Source: a virus
Virus record (IMG/VR): IMGVR_UViG_3300032311_001249
Location: 1 to 64,000 of that record
Direction: 5' to 3' (one strand)
DNA: 64,000 nt
The stretch's first letter is position 1; each line of letters starts with the position of its first letter. This document shows positions 8,917-19,004 of the stretch, one piece after another. The translations under genes and the position numbers were made by a program. The notes under the pieces are model-generated. The model was not told where the DNA came from. It ran no database searches and saw nothing but the letters and a program-made list of their open reading frames with translations.

Positions 8917-10545
8917 ATGCAATCATTAGCTTCAAACTATGTAGATTCGGCTCCCTCTCTTATTTCCAAAGAAAGAGGAAAAGCATTAATTAATAAATGG
9001 AGTAAAATCCTAGATTTTACTGATAATCAAACCAAACAAATCGAAGGCTATCAAAAACGTCTTGCAACAGCCCTCATGTGCGAAAACCAAGAAACTTGGC
9101 TTCGTCAAAATGGCCACATGCCTCGTCAGCTTGTTCAAGAAACAGGCATGATCGCTGGTGGTACTTTTGGTTCTGGCAACGCTGCTGGTACTTCCGTATT
9201 CGGTGGTGGCACAGAACAAGGTAGTGCTCCCTCAGTGGATGGTCAATATGGTAATGCTGGCCCCGGTACTGGTGGCAATAGCGACTGGTACGCTCCCGGT
9301 GATGCTCGTCTTCCAAAGACCTTAATCCCAATGATTCGTCGTACCTTCCCTGAGCTTATCACTCATGAGATCGTTGGCGTTCAACCAATGAGCGGTCCTG
9401 TTGGTCTTGCATTTGCTCTTCGTTATTTCTATGACCAAGACTCTCTTGCATGTTCTCCTTACAGCGATAAAGGTTCTTGTGGTGCATCAAAAACTTTCCC
9501 ACAAGGTCCGGGAGTATGGTCTGGTTCTAACACTGATGAAGCAGGTTATCAAAGACTTTACACTGCTCACACTGGTATCACTGCTGCTGGTCTTAGCGGT
9601 CTTGGTTTAACAACCTCAACCACTGGTTCTGGTTCTTGCTTTGACTTTGCTCCAGCAGATATGGGTGTTGCTCAACTTCTTGCTCACTTTGAAGCAAGCA
9701 GCAACATTCCTACCATGAGCCTCAAGATTGAGAAACAAGCTGTTGAAGCTGGTACTCGTCGTCTTGGAACTTCTTGGAGCATGGAACTTGAGCAAGACCT
9801 CATGAACATGAACGGTATTGATATTGATGCTGAAATGACAAACGCGATGAGCTATGAAATTCAAGCAGAAATTGACCGTGAGATGGTTATTCGTATGATC
9901 CAAGTTGCTCTTAATGCTGGCTTTGGCACTGGTTATTCAGTGTGGAAACCACAACTTGCTGATGGCCGCTGGTTCGCAGAACGTGGTGTTGACTTTTATG
10001 CAAAAATCGTTGTAGAAGCAAACCGTATTGCAATCCGCAACCGTCGTGGTCCTGCTAACTTTATCATTGCAACTCCAAAAGTTTGCACAATTCTTCAACT
10101 TCTTCCAGAGTTCAGAGTATTTGAAATTGCAAGCGCAATTCAAGCTCACCCAAATGGTGTTGCTCGCGTAGGTACTCTTGCTGGACAGTTTAATATCTAT
10201 CGTGATACAAGAACAGAAGCACAATATCTTGCTGGTGTGAGAGCACAGCCTGTAGAATATGCTCTTCTTGGTTATAAAGGTAGTGAGTTCTGGGATACTG
10301 GTATAGTGTATTGCCCATACATTCCTGTTCTTGTTCAAAGAACCATCAGCCCACACACCTTTACTCCAAACGTTGGTATGATGACCAGATATGGTGTGAT
10401 TGATCACTTGTTCGGAAGCCAAAACTTCTACCACTTGATCATTGCCCGTGATCTTAACACTGGAGACTTGGTAACATGTGGTAGCGCATACTCTGCACAA
10501 ACCCCTGCACAACCAAATCCTCTTAACTTCACATACCTTAGCTAA
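8917..10545 (+). CDS. 23: Major capsid protein gp23
   Basis: KWSKIL, LIPMIRRTFPELI..EIVGVQPMSGPVGLAFALR, ELEQDL, EIDRE, YCPYIP, MTRYG; biased (CGT/GGT/GCT) codon usage. Confidence 0.98.
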   Translation: MQSLASNYVDSAPSLISKERGKALINKWSKILDFTDNQTKQIEGYQKRLATALMCENQETWLRQNGHMPRQLVQETGMIAGGTFGSGNAAGTSVFGGGTEQGSAPSVDGQYGNAGPGTGGNSDWYAPGDARLPKTLIPMIRRTFPELITHEIVGVQPMSGPVGLAFALRYFYDQDSLACSPYSDKGSCGASKTFPQGPGVWSGSNTDEAGYQRLYTAHTGITAAGLSGLGLTTSTTGSGSCFDFAPADMGVAQLLAHFEASSNIPTMSLKIEKQAVEAGTRRLGTSWSMELEQDLMNMNGIDIDAEMTNAMSYEIQAEIDREMVIRMIQVALNAGFGTGYSVWKPQLADGRWFAERGVDFYAKIVVEANRIAIRNRRGPANFIIATPKVCTILQLLPEFRVFEIASAIQAHPNGVARVGTLAGQFNIYRDTRTEAQYLAGVRAQPVEYALLGYKGSEFWDTGIVYCPYIPVLVQRTISPHTFTPNVGMMTRYGVIDHLFGSQNFYHLIIARDLNTGDLVTCGSAYSAQTPAQPNPLNFTYLS

Positions 10546-10574
10546 TAGCTAATAGAGTTAGAGATAAAAATCTG

Positions 10575-10607
10575 GAAACCCTCTAGGAAACTAGGGGGTT
10601 TCTTTTT
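10575..10607 (+). terminator. Intrinsic terminator after gp23 (copy 1 of 33-bp direct repeat)
   Basis: GAAACCCTCTAG-GAAA-CTAGGGGGTTTC-TTTTT with a GNRA loop. Confidence 0.9.
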
Positions 10608-10643
10608 GGTTGCAAAGAACATTGTTTTGGTGTAAGTATTGTA

Positions 10644-12137
10644 ATGGCGAACAAAAAAATGACTTTTGAAAAATTTTTGGAAAAATGTAGTATTATTCAC
10701 CAAGATAAATACCATTATTCCAAAACATTGTTCACTTGCACTAGAGATAAAATAATTATAAAGTGCCCAACACATGGAGAATTTGAACAAAGAGCTAGTG
10801 CTCATTTAGATGGTCAAGGTTGTAAAAAATGTAGAAATGAAAATGTAAGAGACAGATTTTCTCATTCACTTCAAGATTTCTTAGACTCTTTAGAAGAATA
10901 TAAAAAAGATAATTTAGATTTCGGCTCATTTGTTTATTCAACTGATAAAACTAAAGGATATATCAGATGTAAAAAACATGATTTTGTTTTTGAAACAACT
11001 CCATCCAACGTTAAAAAAAGTAAACACTGCTGTCCTTTATGTGCTAGAGATTCTCATAAAGAATTGATAAAAAATACAAAAACAGATTTCATAAATTTAT
11101 CAATAGCAAAACACGGTGATGTTTTTGATTACTCTTTATTACCAGAAACTTTTGGTAGTCATGATTATGTAGAGATAAAATGTAAAAAATGCTGTAATTC
11201 TTTTTGGAGAATAGCTTACTCTCACTGTAATATTGGTCACTCTTGTCCTAAATGCGGGTGTTCTAAAATACACAAACAATTACAAGAATTTTTAACAAAG
11301 GAAGGAGTACAATTTGAGTCTAATGATAGAAAAATATTAAATGGATATGAATTAGACTTGTATATTCCTGATAAAATGATTGCAATAGAATGTAATGGAA
11401 ACTACTGGCACTCAGAGGAAGTTTTAAAAGATGATTCGTATCATCTTAAAAAAACAAATGGTTGTTTGGAAAAAAACATTCAGTTGTTGCATTTTTTCGA
11501 AGATGAAATTTTATATAAAAAAGATATTGTTTTATCTATAATAAAACAAAAGCTGAAAATAAACAACAATAAAATTTATGCTAGAAAATGCACTATAAAA
11601 GAAATAGAATGTAGTGAAAAAAACGATTTTTTGCAAGAAAATCATATACAAGGAAAAGATCAATCAAAGATAAAATTGGGATTATTCTATGAAAATGATT
11701 TACAGAGTGTTATGACTTTTGGACATCCTAGATACAACGACAAAGTACAGTGGGAATTGATAAGATTTTGTAATAAAAGAAATGTAAATGTTGTTGGAGC
11801 AGCTAGTAAACTATTAAAATATTTTATTAAGAAATATAATCCAGAGAGTATAATATCTTATGCTGATAGAAGAATAAGCGATGGAAATCTATACGAAAAA
11901 ATAGGTTTCTCTTTTTCACATTGCTCTGATCCTAGATATTTTTATTTTCCTAAAAAGAATCCATTAGATAGATTACATAGAAGCAATTTTACAAAATCAA
12001 AAATAAAAATTAAATTTCCAAATGTTGATCTTTCTAAAACAGAAAAAGATATTATGAAAGAATTAGAATATGGTAGAATATGGGATTGTGGAACAAAGGT
12101 TTATATATGGAATAAAAGAAACCCTCTAGGAAACTAG
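10644..12137 (+). mobile_element. Hef-like free-standing homing endonuclease (zinc-ribbon repeats + PD-(D/E)XK + Hef C-terminal domain)
   Basis: Three IxCxxH...GCxxC-type repeats; ELDLYIPDKMIAIECNGNYWHS nuclease core; YARKC...ENHIQG...ELIRFC...ISYADRR...IWDCG tail. Confidence 0.8.
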
Positions 12138-12152
12138 GGGGTTTCTTTTTTT
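12118..12152. terminator. Intrinsic terminator (copy 2 of 33-bp direct repeat), contains the endonuclease stop codon
   Basis: 12118-12150 identical to 10575-10607. Confidence 0.9.
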
Positions 12153-12168
12153 TAATTTTACTTTTACT

Positions 12169-12684
12169 TTAAATTGTTTCTGTTTCAGCTTGTATTACTT
12201 TGATTTGTTCTTTTTCTTGTATTTTTAAAAGCATTTCAAACATTTCCTCTCTGCTACCATTCATGATAACATTTGTTTGATTAAGAGTGCTGCCGCTTGG
12301 CAAAGATATTGCACCTTTATTAATGGTATGTTCTGCTAATTTGTCTTTTATAGCAATTTCTTTTTCTTTGGTTTGTTTGATTATGTCGTTCTTTTCTTTT
12401 TCAATTAATAATTTAACTTTATTCTTGAATGCTTCACTCTGAGATTTGCCTATGTTGCTGTATGCCTCCAAGAATTCTGGTTCTCCAGTAGTTTCTACTA
12501 GTCTTTTTGCTTCTTCTAAAATACTAGCATTTGATTTTATTAGATCATTTAATCCTCTAATAGTTTGTTCTAATTCATTTGCTGCACCATCATGTTCGTA
12601 CATATCATCATTTTGTTCTTTTTGAATATTGCTCACACTAAGTGCTCCTAATATATCATCCAAATCTGTTTGTTCTTGTTTCAT
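12169..12684 (-). CDS. 16: Terminase small subunit gp16-like
   Basis: Helical core LVETTGEPEFLEAYS and C-terminal NQTNVIMNGSREEMFEML resemble the gp16 ...N.FVGST.EL motif. Confidence 0.6.
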   Translation of the reverse strand: MKQEQTDLDDILGALSVSNIQKEQNDDMYEHDGAANELEQTIRGLNDLIKSNASILEEAKRLVETTGEPEFLEAYSNIGKSQSEAFKNKVKLLIEKEKNDIIKQTKEKEIAIKDKLAEHTINKGAISLPSGSTLNQTNVIMNGSREEMFEMLLKIQEKEQIKVIQAETETI

Positions 12685-12710
12685 AACAAATATTTATAAA
12701 TAGTGTTATG
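12682..12710. promoter_or_regulatory. Palindromic bidirectional late promoter
   Basis: CATAACA-AA-TATTTATAAATA-G-TGTTATG: the 12-bp perfect palindrome gives TATAAATA on both strands, 6 and 5 nt from the two ATGs. Confidence 0.75.
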
Positions 12711-12950
12711 GCAATTCAAAGATTAGCTTTAATGTGCTGTGTTTTCTTGTCCTGTTGCATATCTCAGAAAAAAGAACACATCACCGATTTCCCAATCAGA
12801 CCAGAATTAATGGTTTACCCTGCTCAGCCAGTAATACAAAAAATAGACCAGAACTTTTTGGTAACACCAGAACTCATATACAACACAACCATGTTAAAAG
12901 ATTATTATAAAAGAATAGATTTATGGAAAGAAAACCACAACATAAGATGA
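12708..12950 (+). CDS. Small lipoprotein, o-spanin (Rz1)-like
   Basis: Signal peptide with lipobox-like FLSC/C; Pro-rich mature part. Confidence 0.55.
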   Translation: MAIQRLALMCCVFLSCCISQKKEHITDFPIRPELMVYPAQPVIQKIDQNFLVTPELIYNTTMLKDYYKRIDLWKENHNIR

Positions 12951-13381
12951 ACAAAACATTTAAACAATTTTATACTGAAAATTCATTAGTTCCGGTAAAA
13001 GCAGTTGTTGCCAAAAAACAACAAACCGGAATAGATGAAAAATTCATGAAATTATTTGACAATTTAATAAATCTTTATAAAGGATTAAAAGTTTTAAAAA
13101 AATCAGATGAAACTGCTGATTATATTTTGTTTACTCTTAAACCAGTTTTCAAATTATTAAATAACGGAGTCAGAAACAATAATTTTTCCAACATTGATTT
13201 TTCTCAATTCAATGATCAACAGTTGAGATTAAAAATAAAAGGACTAACAGCATCAATAAATTTGGGACTGAACTCAATGGCCGAATTTTACTCTCTGACA
13301 GACAACGATAGAATGTCTGATATTATGGAAAAAGCAATTAATAAATTTTCAACAACAGTGAGTTTGGTTGATAATTTATAA
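12947..13381 (+). CDS. Putative internal head protein with capsid-targeting-like N-terminus
   Basis: ATGA overlap with upstream gene; MNKTFKQFYTE resembles the T4 CTS MKTYQEFIAE. Confidence 0.55.
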   Translation: MNKTFKQFYTENSLVPVKAVVAKKQQTGIDEKFMKLFDNLINLYKGLKVLKKSDETADYILFTLKPVFKLLNNGVRNNNFSNIDFSQFNDQQLRLKIKGLTASINLGLNSMAEFYSLTDNDRMSDIMEKAINKFSTTVSLVDNL

Positions 13382-15139
13382 TGATTTCCAACCATATGAA
13401 ATATTTCCACAATCATATATTATTCTATAGCCATTATTAAACATATTTTCGTGTTCAGAAATATTTTCGTTATATGTTTGTAATTTTTTTGATAACAGAT
13501 GTTTTTTAAATTTTAATCTAGAATATAATATATCATATCCTTTTTTAAGGTAAAAATAATTAGGAGTAGTTTCTTTTATTTTGTTAAATCCTATTTTTTG
13601 ATATAAATTGCCATTAGAGTATCTTCTATTAGCATATGTTATAATAGATGTGGGTTTATAAGTTTCTTTAAAATGTTTTAACAGTTTACTAGCACCTCCA
13701 ACAATATTGTAAAATTTTTTATTACAAAAACGACTCAATTCCCATTCATATTGTTTATTATATCGGCTTTTACAAAAAGTCATTAAACTTACTAATTCAT
13801 TTTGATAGAATAAACCTATTCTGATGGAAGATTTGTCTTTTGATTGTAGATGATTAGCGTCTAGGAAAATATCACTTTCTTCTGAATTTATTGTTTTTAT
13901 AATACATTTTCTAGCATATAGTGTGTTATTTTTACCGCATTTATTACTTATAATAGATTTCCATACATCTTTTTTAACATCATCATTCCATTCAGATGAA
14001 AAAATATGAAGTAAATGAATATTGCTATCGGAACATTCTTTGGTTTTAATTAGATGTTTATCTTTATATTCTTTTAAATTTTCTTTTTTATCTGTGGAAT
14101 GCCAGAAAGTTCCATTATACTCTACACCTAAATTATATTCAGGAATATACACATCTACTTCTTTATTTCCTTTATATTTAAAAGATTGCATAGAGTGAGG
14201 AGACAAGGTTTTTACATAATTAAAAACTTCTGTCTCTTCTTTTGAAATTCCTATATCACCAAAACAACCCTGACAATACACGTCTTTCCATCTAGCATTT
14301 GTTAATTTTTTGACATACGAATTTCCGCACTTCTGGCACGTCAATTCAAAAGAATCATTTTCTAAATTGTTTATGTTGTTTTTTATTAGAAATCCTTGAG
14401 ATTTCACCCCATCTACGATATGATTTATATTATTCTTTTTATAACAAAAAGAACCACAAGTTCTACTATAACCATGTATATAAGAGATGTACTTTCTATT
14501 TTTAAGTTTACAGCATTCACATTTTTTAATTTCATCTATCTTATTTTTTAATATATAAATTCTTTCAGAAAAATGGAAATTTTGAATTGTGTGTATATCA
14601 TTTATATTAAATGGTATAATATTTTCTGTTAGTTTCAGTAAGCTATGTAATTCATCTTTGTTGTTTTTTAAATGCAGAGTATTTACGAAATGATGTTTTC
14701 TTCCATAATCTGTTTTTTGTAATATATCATTTATGAATAAATTTAATTTATCAACACATAATTCGTTATTATTAATTATGTGTTGTTTAAAATTGTTTAT
14801 AACTGTGTCATAATTAATTTTTTTTGTGGGAGAACTGCTTTTCCAGACCGTATCTTTTCTAGCACATGCTTTAGAAGAACAATGTTTACTATATCCAGAA
14901 TTAATAGATAAAAACTTAAGATGTTTACCACAAGAACATTTAGGAGTCTCTTGTAAATTATTTGTTATATGATATATACGTTCAGTTATTTTACAACTAT
15001 CGTTCAAATATTTAGTTTTATTTTTTATATGTTGTATATAAATGTTATCTTTGAACCACCTTACTTTGGCACTATTTATTGTTCCATTAATTAGTAATTC
15101 TTTTTTTATAAAATCTACGAGTATTTCTTGATCTGTCAT
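13376..15139 (-). mobile_element. Second Hef-like homing endonuclease
   Basis: ERIY...PKC.CG...GYSKHCS repeats; EVDVYIPEYNLGVEYNGTFWHS; same Hef C-terminal domain as 10644..12137. Confidence 0.8.
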
Positions 15140-15162
15140 AAATATAATTATATTATAGTGTA

Positions 15163-15196
15163 AAAAATAAGGATTTCAACAGAAATCCTTATTTTT
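15163..15196 (-). terminator. Terminator after gp18, overlapping the -35 of the endonuclease promoter
   Basis: AAAAATAAGGATTTC-AACA-GAAATCCTTATTTTT. On - strand TTGAAA(15179-74)-16-TATAAT(15157-52). Confidence 0.75.
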
Positions 15197-15202
15197 GTAT
15201 AA

Positions 15203-18200
15203 TTAGATTAGTTCGTTAAAGTTAACTCCTGTTCCAGTTATCACTAGGTCAACCAAGATAAATTTCACTGGTCTTGTAGGTTTAATATAAACTGCTACAT
15301 TCAACACTCCTTGGTCTATACTTGCAGAAGTATTATTTCTTTCATCACAAACCAACATATAATCATAAACACCATTATTGTCTTTCATAAAGTCAAGTAT
15401 AGGTTTAAGAGTATTTGTTATTCTTGTTCTGGTTGTGATGGTGTTTGGTTCACCAATAAACTGAACAAGATTTGCTTGAATACTTTTAGCAAGCCATAGT
15501 GCTCCTCTACGAATTGAGATTTCTTTCAATGCGCTAGAATCTTTGATCAGAGTTGTGCTGTTCCAGTTTAAGTTTCCTTCTGGGAATCTAACAATTGGGT
15601 TCAAGCTTATTCTGCTGATAAGATCACGCTCACGTTGATTTGGATTGATTGCTAAATCATTGATATTAGCTAATTGACCATTATTAACTCCAAGAGGACT
15701 TGTCCAAGGATATTGTGAAAAGTCATTTCTAGCCAACAATGAAGCTTCGTATGCACTAGGTCCATACCAGTTAAATTTATCACTGTTTGTATCATAAGAC
15801 TTGATCCAGTTAGCATAGCTTACGCTGTAGCTGGAGTTTATTCCTTGATATAAGTTTCTAAGATAAGAATAAATGTTTCTTCCAAAGGTTGCATATTTTT
15901 CTGTTGGTTGATTTGTAAGAGGATCAATAAACAGATTTTTCTGACGTTGCACCACTTTATAATCTTTACCATTTACAAATATTTGTCTTAATGGGTCTTG
16001 TATGTGTAAGTGAGGAACTCCTCCTGCTGCTTTTCTAGTGTATCTAGCAAAGCTATCAAAGATGTTAAATATTACTTCCCAAGAATCTTGAAGAGCACTA
16101 TTCATAACAGTGCCATCATAAGGAGACAAGCTATCAGTGTTTACAAAATAAGTGTCATCATAATTGTAGCAAATACTTGGATCAGTAATGCAACTATCAC
16201 TTTGAACTGCTGCTCTTGTTGCCCACATAGTGGAAAGACCATTATCAATAGTAATATCTATAGGATATTCTACTGGATTTTCTACACCTCTGAGTGCTCT
16301 TTCTAGTTTTGAAGGCATGTTACCAATATCTTTTGCTATGCATGTGTTGTATGCAGCATCAGTGCATTGAGCAGTGTAACTACCAGTACCATACAACTTA
16401 TCAGCATATCCTTTAAGAGCGATACTAGCATTAAAATTAGAGAATATACTACCAGTTCTTTCACGGAACATTCTTACTGTTTTTTGAGGCAGATTGGTTG
16501 TGGTGTTGTTCCAGCAATTGTTTTGAGAGATGTATGGGTTAACATACATTTCAAGATAACCACTACCGTTATTAACAGTCTGTTCAATATAGAATGAACG
16601 ATCTGGTCCACCAAAATCATCATGAACTTTTCTATCACTGTTCAAACTACCAACAAACTGTTCAAGACGAATCTGATCTAATTTGTTGATGGTTGTTGTG
16701 ACTCTGCTTGGTTTGATTTTAAAGAAAGATACTATTAGAGAATCTTTGTATTTGTCATTTCCAAATTCAGTGCCAACGTTTTGATGCACCAATTCTGTTA
16801 TACTGCCTGTTGTACCATCAAATGTTTCTGATACTTTGAAATTTAAACGATCTTGTGGGACGTTAATCCATTCACCAGAAACTCCGGGGCACAGTTCATC
16901 GTAATATCCTGCTACTGCTGTTAAATCATCAAAATCTGTGGCAGGGTTAACATTAAGATTATCATTTACAGCAAGGTAATAACCAGTAAAGTCTTCTAGC
17001 TGTGCTGATTTTAGTTTGTTAATAACCACCATACCTGCACGCACATCATTATTAGGAATGTCTAATGCTGCATTACCATTTTCATAAACACCACATTTCC
17101 AATTGAATTGTTGATTTTTAAGAAGTTGATATTCTCCTACGCTTAGTGTTTTAGAGATTGGTTCTCCCAACACATAAAAGTTTGCATCATTTAATTGTGC
17201 ATCTCCTGTTACAGGATAGAAATTATATTTTTGATCTTCTGGTATTTGCAAGCCAAGAGAGGTGATGGTATTGCAAGTAAGACCTGTGTCTTTTGGAATA
17301 GAGCAGAATGATATTAAGCTGTCCACTGTAGAAGTGGATATTGCTGTATTTGACACAACCACTGTTGCTCCGTTTGCAGGAACACTTGATATGGTTCTCA
17401 CCAATACAGAATTAGCAACATCAGGGGATGCATTAAAATAATTCAAAGTTCCTGTTGAACCATTTGTGAATGATGCAAAGGTTGTACCTTGTGGAACCAA
17501 TACACCAGAAACAGTTTGACCAGATAATATACCTGCTGAAAGTGTGTGAACAGGACCAGTAAATCTAGCAATATATCTTGTTCCACTACCAACATTAGTT
17601 TGGTCAGGATCAGAAGAAATGCTTAGAGCACTTATAGGGTATCTGTTAATAACAGTGTACGATGTGTTTGTTCCAGAATCTGTGGATGATAATTGGAATA
17701 CTGCTAATCTATTATAAATGGAAGAATTTCCTTCTGTTATAAATTTTATAGAAGAAACTATGCTATCATATTCAAAAGGATTGTTGTGAATATATAGTGC
17801 TGTTGGACTTTCTACAATAGAATCCAAAGGACAATTCAAGTTGCTGGACCCATAACATATTTCTGTGGGAACAAAGTCTTGAGTTAACCAAGGATAGTCA
17901 TTTTGAATTGTTGAGAGAGGAATTGTTCTAAAGAAATTACAAACATTTTTCTCCACAGCAGAAAGACCAATCACTGGAAATATCAATGCATTATAATTTT
18001 CTGTGAAACCATAACCTGCACCACTACCATAAGGCATTCTGGTGAATGTTATAGCTGCATTGCTAGTTGTCAACAATTGTTTCACAGCATTATGAGAATA
18101 TCTTTCTGCTGGAGTTGTTGGAATACCAAAAATTTCTTCAAATTCTGTTAATGTTGATATTGGTGTAGGTTCATCTGTTGGTCCTTGAGGAGTAAAACCG

Positions 18201-18307
18201 GGAATAAAAACGTTTGTTCCTATAGCATTAACTGTTGCTTGTGCTATTTCTCTTTCGTTTATTACTACTCCGGGACTTTCTAATAGTGTATTTAATTTAG
18301 TAGCCAT
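15203..18307 (-). CDS. 18: Tail sheath protein gp18 with large internal insertions
   Basis: SPGVVINE, GPTDEPT.I.T..EFEEIFG.P, PW.SP.G...G, NPIVRFP, I.IRR, VCDERNN, IKPTRPVKFI. Start MATKL at 18307. Confidence 0.95.
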   Translation of the reverse strand: MATKLNTLLESPGVVINEREIAQATVNAIGTNVFIPGFTPQGPTDEPTPISTLTEFEEIFGIPTTPAERYSHNAVKQLLTTSNAAITFTRMPYGSGAGYGFTENYNALIFPVIGLSAVEKNVCNFFRTIPLSTIQNDYPWLTQDFVPTEICYGSSNLNCPLDSIVESPTALYIHNNPFEYDSIVSSIKFITEGNSSIYNRLAVFQLSSTDSGTNTSYTVINRYPISALSISSDPDQTNVGSGTRYIARFTGPVHTLSAGILSGQTVSGVLVPQGTTFASFTNGSTGTLNYFNASPDVANSVLVRTISSVPANGATVVVSNTAISTSTVDSLISFCSIPKDTGLTCNTITSLGLQIPEDQKYNFYPVTGDAQLNDANFYVLGEPISKTLSVGEYQLLKNQQFNWKCGVYENGNAALDIPNNDVRAGMVVINKLKSAQLEDFTGYYLAVNDNLNVNPATDFDDLTAVAGYYDELCPGVSGEWINVPQDRLNFKVSETFDGTTGSITELVHQNVGTEFGNDKYKDSLIVSFFKIKPSRVTTTINKLDQIRLEQFVGSLNSDRKVHDDFGGPDRSFYIEQTVNNGSGYLEMYVNPYISQNNCWNNTTTNLPQKTVRMFRERTGSIFSNFNASIALKGYADKLYGTGSYTAQCTDAAYNTCIAKDIGNMPSKLERALRGVENPVEYPIDITIDNGLSTMWATRAAVQSDSCITDPSICYNYDDTYFVNTDSLSPYDGTVMNSALQDSWEVIFNIFDSFARYTRKAAGGVPHLHIQDPLRQIFVNGKDYKVVQRQKNLFIDPLTNQPTEKYATFGRNIYSYLRNLYQGINSSYSVSYANWIKSYDTNSDKFNWYGPSAYEASLLARNDFSQYPWTSPLGVNNGQLANINDLAINPNQRERDLISRISLNPIVRFPEGNLNWNSTTLIKDSSALKEISIRRGALWLAKSIQANLVQFIGEPNTITTRTRITNTLKPILDFMKDNNGVYDYMLVCDERNNTSASIDQGVLNVAVYIKPTRPVKFILVDLVITGTGVNFNELI

Positions 18308-18357
18308 TATATGATTACTTATATTTTTCAAGAAAAATCTTATTTATTCTCAAAAAA

Positions 18358-18996
18358 TTAAAGCAATGACATTTTTAATTGACTAAACTCAAAAGAAAAA
18401 CTAGATTCTAGTTCTGATGTTTCTCTGTAGCTTGCATCTATACTACCCAAAATTGTTGGAAAAGCGCCAATATAATCCCATCTGGCTGTTGGTTTTTCAT
18501 ATTCATCCAATGCATAAATACTAAAAATACTGGAATAATCGCAGAGATGAGCATTAGAGTCTGGATTTAAGCCTTTATAATCAAATTGAGAATAATTCTC
18601 ATCGTTTTGAATATCAAGCCATTTATAAAGAATAAAATAATTATCAAATCTATTATCTATTGTGAATTTTACATTAACAGGAGCAAATGATGGTCTTGAT
18701 AATCCTGAAAATTTAAGAGTTTGGCCAGAATAAGCCTGTTCTATTTTATTCACCTGTATTTCTGGAACAACAAATCCCCAAATACTCATTTGAAGTCTTT
18801 CCAAATTACCACCATTACAAAAACGATTTTCTTTTTTTAGTATGGGTTTTAAAATATTAGGAATGTTCATAACCAAAGAAAATTTATCCTTTCTAGTTAT
18901 ATTCAGTTGACTCTGTTGAGAAGTAAAATAACCATTCACATCAGTAACTGGAACTGGACAGGTCAGATTGGGAATTTCTGGTTTTTCGTTTGCCAT
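18358..18996 (-). CDS. 3: Tail tube terminator/completion gp3-like (gp19 fold)
   Basis: KFSLVM.IP, VVPEI, F.PVNVKFTIDN.FDNY.ILYKWL, GAFPT.LG, FEFS. Start MANEK (TATAAATA-N5-ATG). Confidence 0.7.
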   Translation of the reverse strand: MANEKPEIPNLTCPVPVTDVNGYFTSQQSQLNITRKDKFSLVMNIPNILKPILKKENRFCNGGNLERLQMSIWGFVVPEIQVNKIEQAYSGQTLKFSGLSRPSFAPVNVKFTIDNRFDNYFILYKWLDIQNDENYSQFDYKGLNPDSNAHLCDYSSIFSIYALDEYEKPTARWDYIGAFPTILGSIDASYRETSELESSFSFEFSQLKMSLL

Positions 18997-19004
18997 TATA
19001 TTAT

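Noticed and set aside
9010-10512. Antisense ORFs over gp23 (also over gp29 at 32550..33323 and other genes)
   Set aside because: Expected shadows of codon bias; no motifs or promoter signature.
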